DNA of 63,602 nt, filler included, from Octopus bimaculoides (taxonomy: Eukaryota), in NCBI RefSeq assembly GCF_001194135.2. It is 6 parts of 5 records of this genome, joined end to end, with 100 filler letters (N's around TTAATTAATTAA, not from the genome) between each part and the next. Parts side by side here need not be neighbours in the genome. Positions count along the whole stretch, not along the records: positions 1 to 18,716 come from NC_068988.1; positions 18,817 to 37,581 come from NC_068983.1; 4 more parts are not named here. The stretch is one strand, 5' to 3'. The position numbers and the translations under genes are program-made. The notes beneath the pieces were generated by a model that was not told the DNA's origin, made no database searches, and saw only the letters and a program-made list of their open reading frames with translations. Positions 12,171 to 24,966 of this stretch are shown piece after piece. The stretch's first letter is position 1. Every line of letters begins with the position of its first letter.

Positions 12171-14804
12171 ATCTCGAAGATGACTATGATATGGCTGTAG
12201 CGCTGATAAAGGTGTTGGTGGTGATAAGATCCAATTTTCAATGAGAGTAGTCTAATTACTCGAAGTAAAAAACTAAAGGTGTGCTGTTGTAACTTATCAG
12301 TGGAAATTATCTATTTGTCTAGAAATTAAAACAAAACGATCAAAAGTCACAATCTGAACACTCCAATCAGAACCTTGTAGACACAATGTTCAAAAGTAAT
12401 TAATTATTGATTTTTTCTAATTAACCTAAAACTTCTTAATGAACCAATGTTATTAAAATTAGAGTAATTATCAGCAATATCGTTGTAAGTGGTTCTAGCC
12501 ATAAAATTGTGACCATGCAGGGGAACTACCTGCAAAGGTTATACTTAGTGGATCAAATCGATATAAATTTCATTTTGCAACTGCTTTTATTGCTATTTTT
12601 ATTGCATATCATTAAAGACAAAACATAGAAGAACAAAAGAGTAAAAGTGGGAATTTAGCCGCACTTAAATGCTCAACTTAAGCTTTTTTGTAGTCATGAT
12701 ACAAATACCGCATACTTGTTTGAATTTTTATGGATTTGTTTAGCTCTCTTCTGCTACTCGTAAACATCTCAGTGGAGATATTATGAATAACTGAAGGCAT
12801 AAATCAAACGTTGAAATTGAATTAAGGAAATACGGCCAGCTGAATACAATAGCCACATAGGAAATCTTCAAGTGTAATTGTTCTGAAAATGATTTAAACA
12901 TGATTATCTTATTTAAATCGTTTGCTGAATATACACAGGGATAGTTACAGGTGCTGAAAATATAATTAGGCGTGAACCAAAGACATAAGATTTGCCTCCA
13001 CGTGGTCGTTGGACTGTGAAAAGTATTAGTGAAATTTCATTCAAGTAACACCTTAACGTTATTTCAAAAAAAATGAAATACAGTGCAAAAAAAAAGTCAC
13101 GACATGACCTTTCTAGATTCCTAAAAATACCACACATCTTCATACTACAAGTTGTCATCCAAAAGCGAATGACCAGTCTGGTTAAAGGTGAAGCTAGTAC
13201 GTAGTCCTTCAACCAGTTAGATATGGTTACTACATTTAGATATGGTTGTTTACATATTACGTACTTCATGCAAACAAAAATGAAACATACATCGAGCTAA
13301 AACATTTTTAAAAGTACGACACATAAGACTAGGGTAAACTTGATTATAGCTTAATCGTAAGTCAATTTTTGATAGACTAACTTGAATCTTAAAATCGGCA
13401 ACAACGAATTGACATGCATTGTATATTGTGGTATTAGATGTATTATGGCTTGATAAATACAGTATCTCAGAACTGCAATACCTTTTGTGATGTTGCTTCA
13501 GCCATATCTGACTTCTTTCGAAATAACATTGATAAAGGAGGATAGGTTGGATAAGGTATTCTTAGCCACACTAGACCTGAAAAGAAATATGGGTTATTCA
13601 CGACGGCAATAATTTTAATACAGGTATGTTCAGTCAAGAATGACTAGGGGCTAAACAAAAAAGTAGCGTTACAAGATGTTTCGAGATTATAAATTTGGTA
13701 AATCTACTAGCATGTGTGTTATATATATATTGATCAGTGAAAAAACTGAGGTGTATTGATTTTCAAAGCGGTCGATATAGCAAAATCAAAAGAAATTATG
13801 AGTGATAAACGCGAGATATTTACAAGCTTATATGAGAAACCATGTATTGGAATTATATAACACAACTTTAACACAAGTACTTTCGTAGCAGCTGGTATAA
13901 GAAATTATGTTAGCATCGAATGTAAAGTCTGAAGTTAACGCCAAAGTAAAATATCAGTTACATCTTAGATCTGACATTACATATATTTAAATTGAAATTA
14001 TTATATTGTTGAAGCGACAGCGTAAGGAATTACACACATGTGTATTGTATTGACTTTCGTTTATTTTTATAGTATTCTATACTATAAAAATGAAAAGGTT
14101 TATGCGATAAGCACTGTCCAACAATTGCCCCTCATTATTGGTTTCATTTTGATTAGGTTTTATTTTCATTTCGTTCTTCATTAGTCAAATATATTTGCAC
14201 ACAAGTATTTATTTTAGCAAATAAACGGGCAGGAGATTGGTAGAATCGATAGAGAAAACGGACAAAATTCCTTGTCGCGTTTAGTGCATTACTTTTACGT
14301 TCCAAGTTCAATCACACATAGATTAATAATCTTTTTGGTCCTACTGGTTTCGCTAAAATAAAGAACTAGTTAAGTATTGGCAACGATTTAAACGACATTA
14401 CTTCTTTTAAACATTCAATAAGGAGATTTTAAAAATGCAAAAATACTCCGAGGATTCTTATTGAGGTTTTCTTTTAATATTACATATTTTTTATAACAGG
14501 ACATTCGACCGACAGGTAGTGTCACAACTGTAAAAAACCATGAAAATATAATTTCTTTGTGTCGATCAGAAGGCCAGTCGCAACCCGCCCGTTGCTGGCT
14601 GTTTTCGGCACATGGAGGTCTTCAAAATACAATTTCTGCGGAAAAGTGATTCTACTGTAATTTATATAAGGAAATATTTTTGCAATATAACAAAGCACCT
14701 ACTGATCAAGCAGTGATCCATGATGAATAAATCTTTTGGGTGATCTAAAAACAATTAGGCGCTATGCTACTGTTAGAAATTAATATTACCAAATAATATC
14801 CATT

Positions 14805-15058
14805 AAGGCGACAAAGTAGCAAATCATTATCGCGTCGGAGAAAAAGCTTAGCAACATTTCTGCCAATTCTATACGTCGAAATCAAATTTTGGCTGTGCCT
14901 TTCATCATTTTGGAGTCGATAAAATAAATACTAGCCGAGTACTGAGACAGATTTAGTTGATTTACTCAAGCGTCGGAGAAAACGCTTAGCAAAACTTCTG
15001 CCAATTCGATAAAATAAATATTAGCCGAGTACTGAGACAGATTTAATTGATTTATTCA
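14805..15058 (+). mobile_element. SINE family A copy followed by an internally deleted tandem duplicate
   Basis: 14805-14965 has head and core (gcctttcatcattttggagtcgataaaataaatac). 14970-15058 repeats gcgtcggagaaaa.gcttagc...ccaattc and jumps straight to gataaaataaata...gagacagattt. Confidence 0.8.
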
Positions 15059-15344
15059 TTTCCATAAAATTGCTGCCTTTGTGAGAAAATTTGAAACCAT
15101 TATTTTGTTAAGTTTACGAACTGAGCTCAACTCCCGCTCAGGTTCACTTCGTCGTTTAGTCTTCCTAGTTCGAATGAATTGCTAAATTGGGGTGAAAAAT
15201 GAAATAATTACAGTGATAGAGTCCATGCAATTAGCTATATCCTTTAAATATACTACAGTAGTAAGATCATATTCGAATATCAAAATCTAATGAATATAAA
15301 ATAAAATATAATGCATAATAAACATATTGAACAAGTGAGGGGAT

Positions 15345-15420
15345 ATCTCTGTGGTCACTTAACCTGTTGGAAATAGCTACCAAATCTTCCCTTATATTTT
15401 GATATCTTGAAAAAATAAAC
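15345..15420 (+). repeat. Family F repeat fragment
   Basis: aacctgttggaaatagctaccaaatcttccctt matches the core at 11551. Confidence 0.45.
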
Positions 15421-16374
15421 CAAACACTCAGTATAATGGAGTCTAATCAGGACTTTCTTACTAGTATTACTGACCTCCAGTTTAATTATTGCACGGGTCC
15501 CTTTAGTTTTTGTTCTAACAGAACCAAAAGCATAAATAGATCAGATTTATAAGCCTAGACCCATAAGATCCCAGGGCCACTGAGCTGTGTATTCACGCCT
15601 TAAGAATGCACTAAATTTCAAGTACACTGCGATTTGGAACGTTACACGATGGTAACGGCTGGGACGTCATTCATTAGAGTGTATCAGAGAACAAACAATA
15701 ACAGAAAAAATATTTTCATGAAAGAAAACTATTTTCGCACTTTACCTTGTGGTTGCTATAGTTTCCACCTCCATTTTTATTATTTCCTTTTAGTAAAAAA
15801 AAGAATTAATACAAATACTTAATTTCGCTTTTCCTTTCTGTTGATGCCTTGTTGTTTATTGTAGTTGTTATAATTAACCATGAATTGTAAACAGCATTAT
15901 TATTACCATTAGAAACTTTTAGCGAGTTCAAGTGTGTGATACGTTGAAATGAATCTGCACTTTTATCTATGAGTAACAAATGTCCGTTGTCATTCCAGAG
16001 AATAAATAGTGAATGACTGTATTACATAAATGTTCAAAAATTTTACTATTGTTCGAATAATAACTTTGTTTCTCTTATTCCCTCAGTTTTGCGTGTTTGT
16101 TTCTCAATCTTACTCTCTCCCCCATTCTCTCACCTTCTCCCTCAACATCTCACTCTTTTTCTCTCTCACACACTCGTACACACATACACATACACACAAA
16201 CACGCATATACACACACCTAGGTGTATGGAAATATTTGTATGTTCCCATACTAATCGCTTATCCCCTCCTTTTCTTTGATTCTAACCTTGTTTCCTTTTA
16301 TTTCGTCTTCTCTTTCACACATATCTGTCTGAGAAACTATCAACCTCTGTGTGTCTAAACAGAAATAAACATTT

Positions 16375-16440
16375 ACACACACAGACACGCGCACACACAC
16401 ACGCACGAACGCACACTAACGCGCGCGCACGCACACTCAC

Positions 16441-16488
<48 letters not shown>

Positions 16489-16550
16489 ATACGTATGTAT
16501 GTGTCTATGTATGTATGTATATTTAACAGAGTGGGAGATATATATATAAG
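16375..16550. repeat. (CA)n/(TA)n/(TATG)n microsatellite
   Basis: Directly visible. Confidence 0.95.
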
Positions 16551-17499
16551 GGGAGGAAAGACATAGACAAGAATCTTCGTTCGATGTATATTGAGATGTA
16601 CAGTTATTGCCATAAACCAGTGGAACAATAGAACGAGTTTTTTTTTTTTTTTTTTTGTAAACAAAGGTATACAGTGAATCATTGTCGTCGATGAAATGAC
16701 AGTTTCTGGGCATTAGAATAGGATTAGAAACCTCAGTTACCTTTAATCTTTAGTGCATAAGCTATTGTTTCTGTTATTTCGGCGGGTGACTGTGAGGGAA
16801 GACGACAATATGTACAAGAACTATGCGGCCAGACGTTTGCAGGAAGAACTACGAGAAAACACTTTGCTTTGACGAACTAGTGTAATCCAACACTTTGTGC
16901 TGATTATACCGTGATTGTCTCCTAGTTTGCCTATCTTGTTATTTTCCTGTTCTGTAGAAATATAGTTAGTCATCACTGTTTACAACATATAGAACTGAAA
17001 CTATTTTCCAAAATAATTTGTTTGCAATTAATTTTAAATTACATTTCCTGTCTTAATATGTCTTCGTCTGTCGAAGAAAAGAGAATTACAGTAGCTATGC
17101 AGCAAGGAGCAGCGAATTCTATATGAATTTAAAATTATTCGTCATCTTGAAAAGCAGGGTCTCTTCTCTGTATTATAGAAGAATAATTACACTGTAATTG
17201 CTGCAGAGTCTCCTCTCTATATTATTGAGGAATACTTACATTTTAATTACTGCTGCTTCGAACTCTCATACTGTCTACTTTTACTCACCTCTTTTTCTCT
17301 TTTTCGCTGTTTTCCTTCTTCTGTGCAGAAAACCTTCAAATGCTTTCTTACATAGATGCAAGTAAAATTTTCGGTTTCTGTCTGGAAGCACTAATTTTAT
17401 TTATCTCTTTTCAAACCATTCGTTCATGCGAACCATGAATTCTTAAGAGTACATTAGGAAAACCTCACTTGACCACATGTTGCTGCAAATCATTTCTGC

Positions 17500-17900
17500 G
17501 CGACCCAATTAACAGTATTACGCTGGAATATTGAAATACGAAACTACTCGTAATTCTTATCTAGCTATGTCTTTGATTGTATTTCCGTGCTTAAATACGA
17601 GGTTTCTAGAATGTTAAGTGCGAGTGGTGCACAGACGCAGACTACTTTCTTGCCTAATCTTTTGTTCTAAACACCAGATTCGCGCTTCACTATGCCTGTT
17701 CTTATCGAGGTTGAATACGTAATGCCGTGTAAGAGGCATATATTTTGTAACCCTTCTTATTAAAATAGAGATTTGTTATTCTTCTCCTAACACCGTTTTG
17801 GAAATATTTCTCTTACAAAGTGATGTTCAATTACGGCATATCTTTCCGCGTGCTTTTCTTTCCCGCCTTGGAGGCAACTATATCATATGGAATAACTCTT
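17500..17900 (-). mobile_element. Highly decayed L1-type reverse transcriptase relic
   Basis: Minus-strand reading gives IEHHFVREIFPKR (~17790-17845; like the segment after KAFD) and, across a frameshift, RQ...PLALNILE (~17604-17654; like RQG.PLSP.LFNI.LE), in the right order. Confidence 0.4.
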
Positions 17901-18427
17901 TATAGACTTCAACCTACATAAAGATATTTTATAGTTCTTTTTGAAGTTGTTAGTGCTCCCGCCTATATTTTTTTGTCGCTCAATTTATATTTTGAACATA
18001 AATTTTGATGTGTAATTCTGTGTTTATATATTCGTCTGTTGACTTATAGTGTTGTTAAGTTTTGATTTTTTTTAAAGTGGACAGGAACGTGTAATATTTT
18101 CAGATATTCATGACTTACCTAAATTATGGCAAGTACCTCCATCTGTTCCACATAAGGCTATGCTGATCTAATAATAACAAAGAAAATAGTCGCTAACAAA
18201 TGAAAAAGTACATTGCTAAAGAACAATGTCAATTTATGCCTGTACGGTAAGCAATAAAAATGGGTTAATCAGTCCTTTATGATTCTGGTCAAGTAATAAA
18301 GCAGTTTAGCACAATAAAATCAACAAAAAAAGACTTTTTAACAGAAAACAAAGCACAAATTCACTGTGCTTTCAAAATACGTTCAGCTTTGTCGATATAC
18401 CACACCAATGATGAAGTATGCGATGAC

Positions 18428-18880
<453 letters not shown>

Positions 18881-19312
18881 ATGCCTGCGTGTACAAGCAC
18901 ATTCACCTCATTTCGAATTTCCAAACAGATACATTGTTTCACGATGTATCTGCTCCTGAAAGATAAGTTTATTATAAACGAGGAAATAATCTTCGTTAAT
19001 ACCTCTTCCAGAATTGATAAACAGTGTAGCCCTTGTACATTCATATGCTTATCAATCATATTCTTCAATCTAAGCCTATTTATCAATCATATGTATGTTT
19101 TATGTTTGCCTTCTCATGCATATGGTTGCATGTCTCAACATATTCATATATACTTAAATGATAAACTTCTGGAACGTTTGTGTTTGTTGATTGATAAAAT
19201 CCTTTTAAACAATTAAATACTTAAAACGAATGCCAATCTTTTACTAAAAGGTCATTGATTGCCTCCAATTTCGACTAAACGCATCTCCATACAAACAAGT
19301 ATGCTTTTACTC

Positions 19313-19707
19313 ATTTGTTGTTGTTTGTTGTTGACACTCCGTCGCTTATGACGTTGAGAGTTCCAGTTGATCCGATCAACGGAACAGCCTGCTCGTGAAA
19401 TTAACTTGCAAGTGCCTGAGCACTCCACAGACACGTGTACCCTTAACGTAGTTCTCGGGGATATTCAGCGTGACACAGTGTGACAAGGCTGACCCTTTGA
19501 ATTACAGGCACAACAGAAACAGGAAGTAAGAGTGAGAGAAAGTTGTGGTGGAAGAGTACAGCAGGGTTCACCACCATCCCCTGCCAGAGCCACGTGGAGC
19601 TGTAGGTGTTTTCGCTCAATAAACACTCACAACGCCTGGTATGGGAATCGAAACTGCGATCCTATGACCGCGAGTCTGCTACCCTAACCACTGGGCCATT
19701 GCGCCTC
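19313..19707 (-). mobile_element. Full-length tRNA-derived SINE, family C, with (CAA)n tail
   Basis: Reverse complement begins gaggcgcaatggcccagtggttagg (A box) ...gtttcgattccc (B box) and ends ...gttccgttgatcggatcaactggaac...gacggagtgtcaacaacaaacaac. Confidence 0.85.
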
Positions 19708-20619
19708 ATATACATTCCCTAAATCAATACAATACCAATTCAAATTTTCATAGTTAAAAAAGGACTAGCTTATCTCTACACTTTCTGATTACGGTCGAAC
19801 TACCGAATCTAAGAGCTAAAAGTAACCACCCGATCTATAAATAAAAATTTTCATCTCCCTCAGTTCCAAGAAGAGATGATTAAAAGTTGTTGCACTAACG
19901 CTAAATTGGTTAACATACAGAGGCAAACTCAGCCTACAGACATACATTTTCATTATTTCCCTTTTAAAAGTAACTGTTTCTGCCCTACAAGTTTTTAGCT
20001 AATCTTTTATCGTTTTGTATACTTCTATCTTATACTGTCTCGAATTAGATTATCATAATGTTAAATTATAACAGATCAACTAACTCCTGTTAGAAATAAA
20101 TGTTTATTATATAGTTGCTTAAATGGCCTGAGCAGGACAAAAACTTATATCATGTAATAATTAAGTGATTACGATCAATTAGCACTGAAAGAACACCTAT
20201 CTTTCCTTCTCTCTCCATACACGTACACACACATTAGATGAAGTATGTAAAATACTATACGTAAATATAAGAATACACTTTATATATGTGTGTGTGTGTG
20301 TGTGTGCACAAACAGTAAAAGGTAGTCATTATAATATTTGGAGTTTCGAATGTCGGAGCGAAGAGCTACGATATATTCTCGTCGGCTATTAATGGCAACA
20401 GACGCTATGAAAAACCGTTGAATAAAAGGTACATTACTCTAATGGGTAGAAAAAGAAAAAGAGAACATAATATTCTCACAATACATAGACATAACCCCCC
20501 TGCGTTCACAACGTCTACATACGTACTCACACGAACGTATATACGTACATGCACATGCATGCACAAAAACATATATGTCTGCACGTACTTATACCTACAC
20601 ACAAATCCACACACAATGC

Positions 20620-20623
20620 ACAC

Positions 20624-20688
<65 letters not shown>

Positions 20689-20828
20689 CATACATGCATA
20701 TGTATACGCAACCTCATCCTCATATATACATAGGTGCTTACATGCATACACATAGCATAATGCATATATATTTAGAGCTGAGTCAAACTCTAATTAAAAG
20801 AAAGACAGACAGACAGACAGACAGACAT

Positions 20829-20895
<67 letters not shown>
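20620..20895. repeat. (TA)n, (GACA)n and (GATA)n microsatellites
   Basis: Directly visible. Confidence 0.95.
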
Positions 20896-21124
20896 CGTGA
20901 TTTGACTGTATGTTTCCCTGCCTAGTATTCAGAAACTTCATGAACATAACAGAGACCAAATATATTGTTATTTGCCAACTCACAGGGAAGTTGAATAATT
21001 TTTAATTTGACAAGTAGCAGTCAAATCACAATCAAACCATCCCGTACTGTTTATCAAGAAACGCGAATAATCGCCTTTCTTGATAAACAGCAGTTGAGAT
21101 GGAATGGTTGTTTCAAATTTTATG

Positions 21125-21167
21125 TCTCTGTTTTTCTCTCTCTCTCCTCCTTTCTCTTTCTATCTCT

Positions 21168-21213
<46 letters not shown>

Positions 21214-21830
21214 TTCTCTGGAATGGTGATAGAGTTGTGATAGAGAATGAGAGAAACACGAGAACCGATAAACATAAACCGGGAGAGAGAGGTAATGATG
21301 ACGATGGCATTACGTGTGTGACGTCCAATTGCTTTTCCCCCTTTTTATACTACTATCTTTCTTTCTCTCTCTCTCTCTCTTTCTTTTCTTCTTCTCCCTC
21401 TCTGTTTCTTCCCCTCTCTCGCTTTCTCTCTCTGTCACTGCCTCTCTATCTACCTTCTGTTCACTCTTTCCCGTTTTTTTTTTGTGGCATAAGAGAATAG
21501 AGGGACATAGACAATAATGGACACAAATGAAAAGAAAGTGATATAGATGGAGAGGAGAGATGGAGAACAGCAATAGTACTGATGGTGGTGACGCATTTGT
21601 ACGACGTCCAACTCTGTTTTCTTCTCCTAACAATCTCTCTAATCTTTCTATCTTCTCTCTCTCTCTCGCTCTCGCTCTCCCTTCTTATGTCTTCTTGTCT
21701 CTTTTGTCTCACACTCGGTATAAGACAAATAGAGAGAGGTGAAGAAAGAAAGTTGGTAAATGAGAGACACACATGAAAGAAGAGTGAGTGCGAAGATGGA
21801 TGGTATTGATGGCGGTGATTTGAAAACTGA
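21125..21830. repeat. Alternating CT-rich / GA-rich blocks forming diverged ~230-285 bp units
   Basis: Three pyrimidine blocks, each followed by a purine block. Motif gta.tgatg.cg.tg recurs at ~21291, 21576, 21803 and gacgtccaa at 21320, 21603. Confidence 0.55.
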
Positions 21831-21914
21831 AACAAACCAGACAACAAAAATACTTCATTGCTGCAGTGTTATTTTTATCATATGAACACAGATTTTCACC
21901 TTACTTAAATCGTA

Positions 21915-22147
21915 CAGGCGTGACAATGTGTTTAGGAGCCTGCTTATCAACCATGTGACCTTAGGCTCAGCCCTACTGTGCGGCAACTTGGTCAACTATC
22001 CTCTACTATAGCCCCGTACCAGTCAAGGCCTTTTGAGTGGATTTTGTGTATGCAAGCAGAAAGAAACCCGTCGAATATATGTATATGTATATGTGTGTGT
22101 GTATGCGTGTGTGTGTGTGTGTATGTGTGTATGTGTATGTGTGTGAT
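21915..22147 (+). mobile_element. SINE family B (5' part plus internal microsatellite)
   Basis: caggcgtgacaatgtg...tcttctactatagccc-like block...aaggccttttgagtggattttg...gaaagaaacccgtcg followed by (TA)/(TG). Confidence 0.7.
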
Positions 22148-23589
22148 TATTTCTCGGCACATTCACCGCAGTCTTCAGCGTTCTAAACAACGCATCTAAG
22201 GTTGGATATGCTAATCAATATTCGCTACAAAGGCGACTTTTGTCGCTATCAGCGAGTATTCAGTCTTAATATTCAGACATCGAGGCATCGCCGGGTGCAT
22301 CTGCTAATATGTGACTATATACTCACACACGCACACATAATTGGAGGTCTGGACAAAGCAAAAACCGAGCAGTTCTACCGGTCCGTGGTTCATTTAGTGT
22401 AAATATTGCTTTTATTAAAGAAATTTATTGTTCTTCTATTTGGATTTTTTTATTTTCTTGATTGTATCTCGTCTTCGCAAAGGTGCAATTGCCGCGTCGG
22501 AAAGTTTACTTTGTGAGTGGAGTTAGAGCTATGTTTTCGTATGTGGAAGGTTTCGGTTCTGCTGTTACAATCGTTGTTGCTATTGGTAGTTTTGCTATCG
22601 TTGCTAGTATTAGTACGGCTACCGTTGGTTTCGTTGCACATACAGCAGCAATTTTTTGTATTGATGCTGCTATTGCATCTCTGGGTGTTAGTGCCGCTGT
22701 TATTATTCTTCTTATTGTCGCTGCTGTTGTTGCTGTTATAGCAGTACGCTTCTGTTGTTGAAGCTGTGGTGTAGGAAGTAGTGGGGTGAGAGGCTCCTCT
22801 TGTTTTTATTGAATACAGAAAGCTCTACAACATACAAGTATTATCTTAGCCGTCTGCCCTCAACCGCTACACACGCTTATTTCAGTAGCTTATAAATTAT
22901 TGACTATAAGCAACCGTTATATGCTACTTGTATGCAACAATAGTCTATTTTAACATGAGGTTGCAATCTTCTCAGTGTTTCAGAAAACAAATATATTTCG
23001 AAAGGAATATGACATTACACTTATTTCTAAACCTGGCCATGTTGCATGAATCCAGCTTTAAAGGTATTCTCCACTAACCAGAAGCATGTTTTTACTATAC
23101 AGTTTGACTACTCGGCATAATATTAAATTTTGCATGCATTTCCTTTCAGAAGGTTACGTATTCGTACTGTGTGATGCTGGATTATTTTTGAGAAATTGGA
23201 TTGTTTCTGTAATGTTAATAGTGTTATGATTGCTATAAGAGATTTGTAATTAAGCTCATGTTTAAAAATTTTGCTCATTTTCTAAATGATCAAGAAAAGA
23301 GCATTTCTGGAGACATTTGAAATATGGGGAAAACTAAAACGTTTTTTTTTTTCTATTCATTATGTATATTTCAGCTTGATATTAATATTATTTTCAGCCA
23401 GAAGTCCATTGTCCCATAAATCACCATTGTTAAATATTTTCTTTTCAATAAGATAGACATGCATCTGCCAATACTGCTTGTATTGCGCTGTATGATCGTG
23501 GGCGAGTGGTTGTTTGGATTTTCTATAAGCAATTTTTAAAGCAGAAGCTTCAAACCCACGCTTACAATACACTACATTACAAATAACAT

Positions 23590-24340
23590 GACTTATCGAA
23601 AGGAGACTCCAACTCGATTATGCGAGATGACATTGTGCGTGGGACATAGGACTGAGATAGTACAGAGTCCTATATCCCGCATAAGTTCACGGACAGGCGT
23701 CACGTGAGCTTCACCACCAGGCTTAAGCGATTCCACATGTCTATAGGAAAAAAAACGCTGTAATGGGTTGCTCTGTTCAAGGAAATCAGTGGTCTTCGAA
23801 TTTTAGCCGTCTTTGATGGCCGTCTGGTTGATGGGCGATAAAGGTCTATATAGTGACATGCTTGATATATGGACGTCATAAGAGATATTAAAGGCCTTGC
23901 GTAGAAGTCGAGTGTATGTGCTGTCTAGTGGTCGTTGTTGGACCACCGTAAGGGACCAGCATTCGCCCGGTTTAGCAAGGTCTGCATCGGATCTGGATAA
24001 ACTCTTGCGGACCTGGAAAAAAGTATACTATAGGTGTCAACGACAACCCTTGGATTCATCCAAAACCGACTCGCCTCTGATTAACCCGAGACAACACACT
24101 TCATCAATACTCGTACGCTGAATTCACTCAGCAGACAAGGCGATCTGGCCGCAGAGGCAGACAGACTGAGCATCGCAGCCGTTGGCATTCAAGAACACAG
24201 AACTAGATGTGAAGAGAAAGTTCGATATCTGAATCCATGCAAAGGCCGAAAACTAATACACTCTACAGCAGATGTCACTTATAATGATGGCATTGGTCTC
24301 CTTGTCATTCCTCTTCCCTTACGCGTCCCTAGAATCCGTC
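23590..24340 (+). mobile_element. RTE-clade LINE 5' fragment: putative 5' UTR and start of AP endonuclease
   Basis: Open frame from ~24097 reads FINTRTLNSLSRQGDLAAEADRLSIAAVGIQEHR...NDGIGLLV, matching the N(V/T)RTL, LQE/IQE and GVG motifs of APE endonucleases; preceded by ~500 bp of relatively GC-rich sequence. The 5' boundary is approximate. Confidence 0.75.
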
Positions 24341-24896
24341 ACATCCATCTCTCAGTAAGTACTCATCTCCACATTTTGTCGCACTGTCACATTTGTGAAA
24401 CACTGATTTTGGAGGCATCCCGCCTATTTACTAGTGGATTCACCATAGCTTCTTTTTTGTAATGTGAATGGAGTATGGATGGTTTATATATTCCGTTGAT
24501 AGTAATGTTTTATGTTATCTATGAGGCTGTATCAGTACAGGAATCCCTTAGTTTTCAGGGCCAGTGAATAGTAACTATGATAGCATGAAACCTATATATT
24601 GTAAAGTACACACTGCGTGTCCATCAGCTGCATGGCCGTTTGAATCGAGGAACAGTTTTGATATGATAAAGTTTTAGAATTACCACACCACAAAATGAAA
24701 TAACTAATAGTTTAAGAACATCCTTCGGAAAACTATGATAATTTCATTAAAATTTAAGATGTTCGAATATTCATCGCTCTTCTCTGAACATGTCACTATC
24801 ATAATTCTTCTACATCAGTAGAAAATCAGTTACTGGTGAGTTTTTAGAATTCCCGGAGTTTTTGAGAATGCATTACTGGACAAAAACAAAAATTCT

Positions 24897-24966
24897 AGGT
24901 ACTTATTTTATCGACTCCGAAAGCTTGAAAGGTAAAGTCAACCTCGGTAGAATTTGAACTCAGACA
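24897..24966 (-). mobile_element. SINE family A core fragment
   Basis: Reverse complement ctgagttcaaattctaccgaggttgactttacctttcaagctttcggagtcgataaaataagtacc. Confidence 0.8.

Noticed and set aside
12913-13269. 118-aa ORF and a good-looking minus-strand acceptor (actaatacttttcacag, ~13018-13034)
   Set aside because: No recognisable domain, no clear donor and no partner exons; isolated acceptor-like sites are common in AT-rich DNA.
14570-14612. GC-rich hairpin gccagtcgcaac...gttgctggc as a Helitron 3' end or terminator
   Set aside because: No CTRR end at the expected distance and no second copy in the window.
16775-16875. Short open frame RVTVREDDNMYKNYAARRLQEELRENTLL*
   Set aside because: Too short, no splice support and no recognisable family.
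22462-22761. 99-aa hydrophobic ORF resembling a membrane protein
   Set aside because: It lies over a degenerate GTT/GCT/ATT trinucleotide tract that yields V/A/I/L runs by composition.
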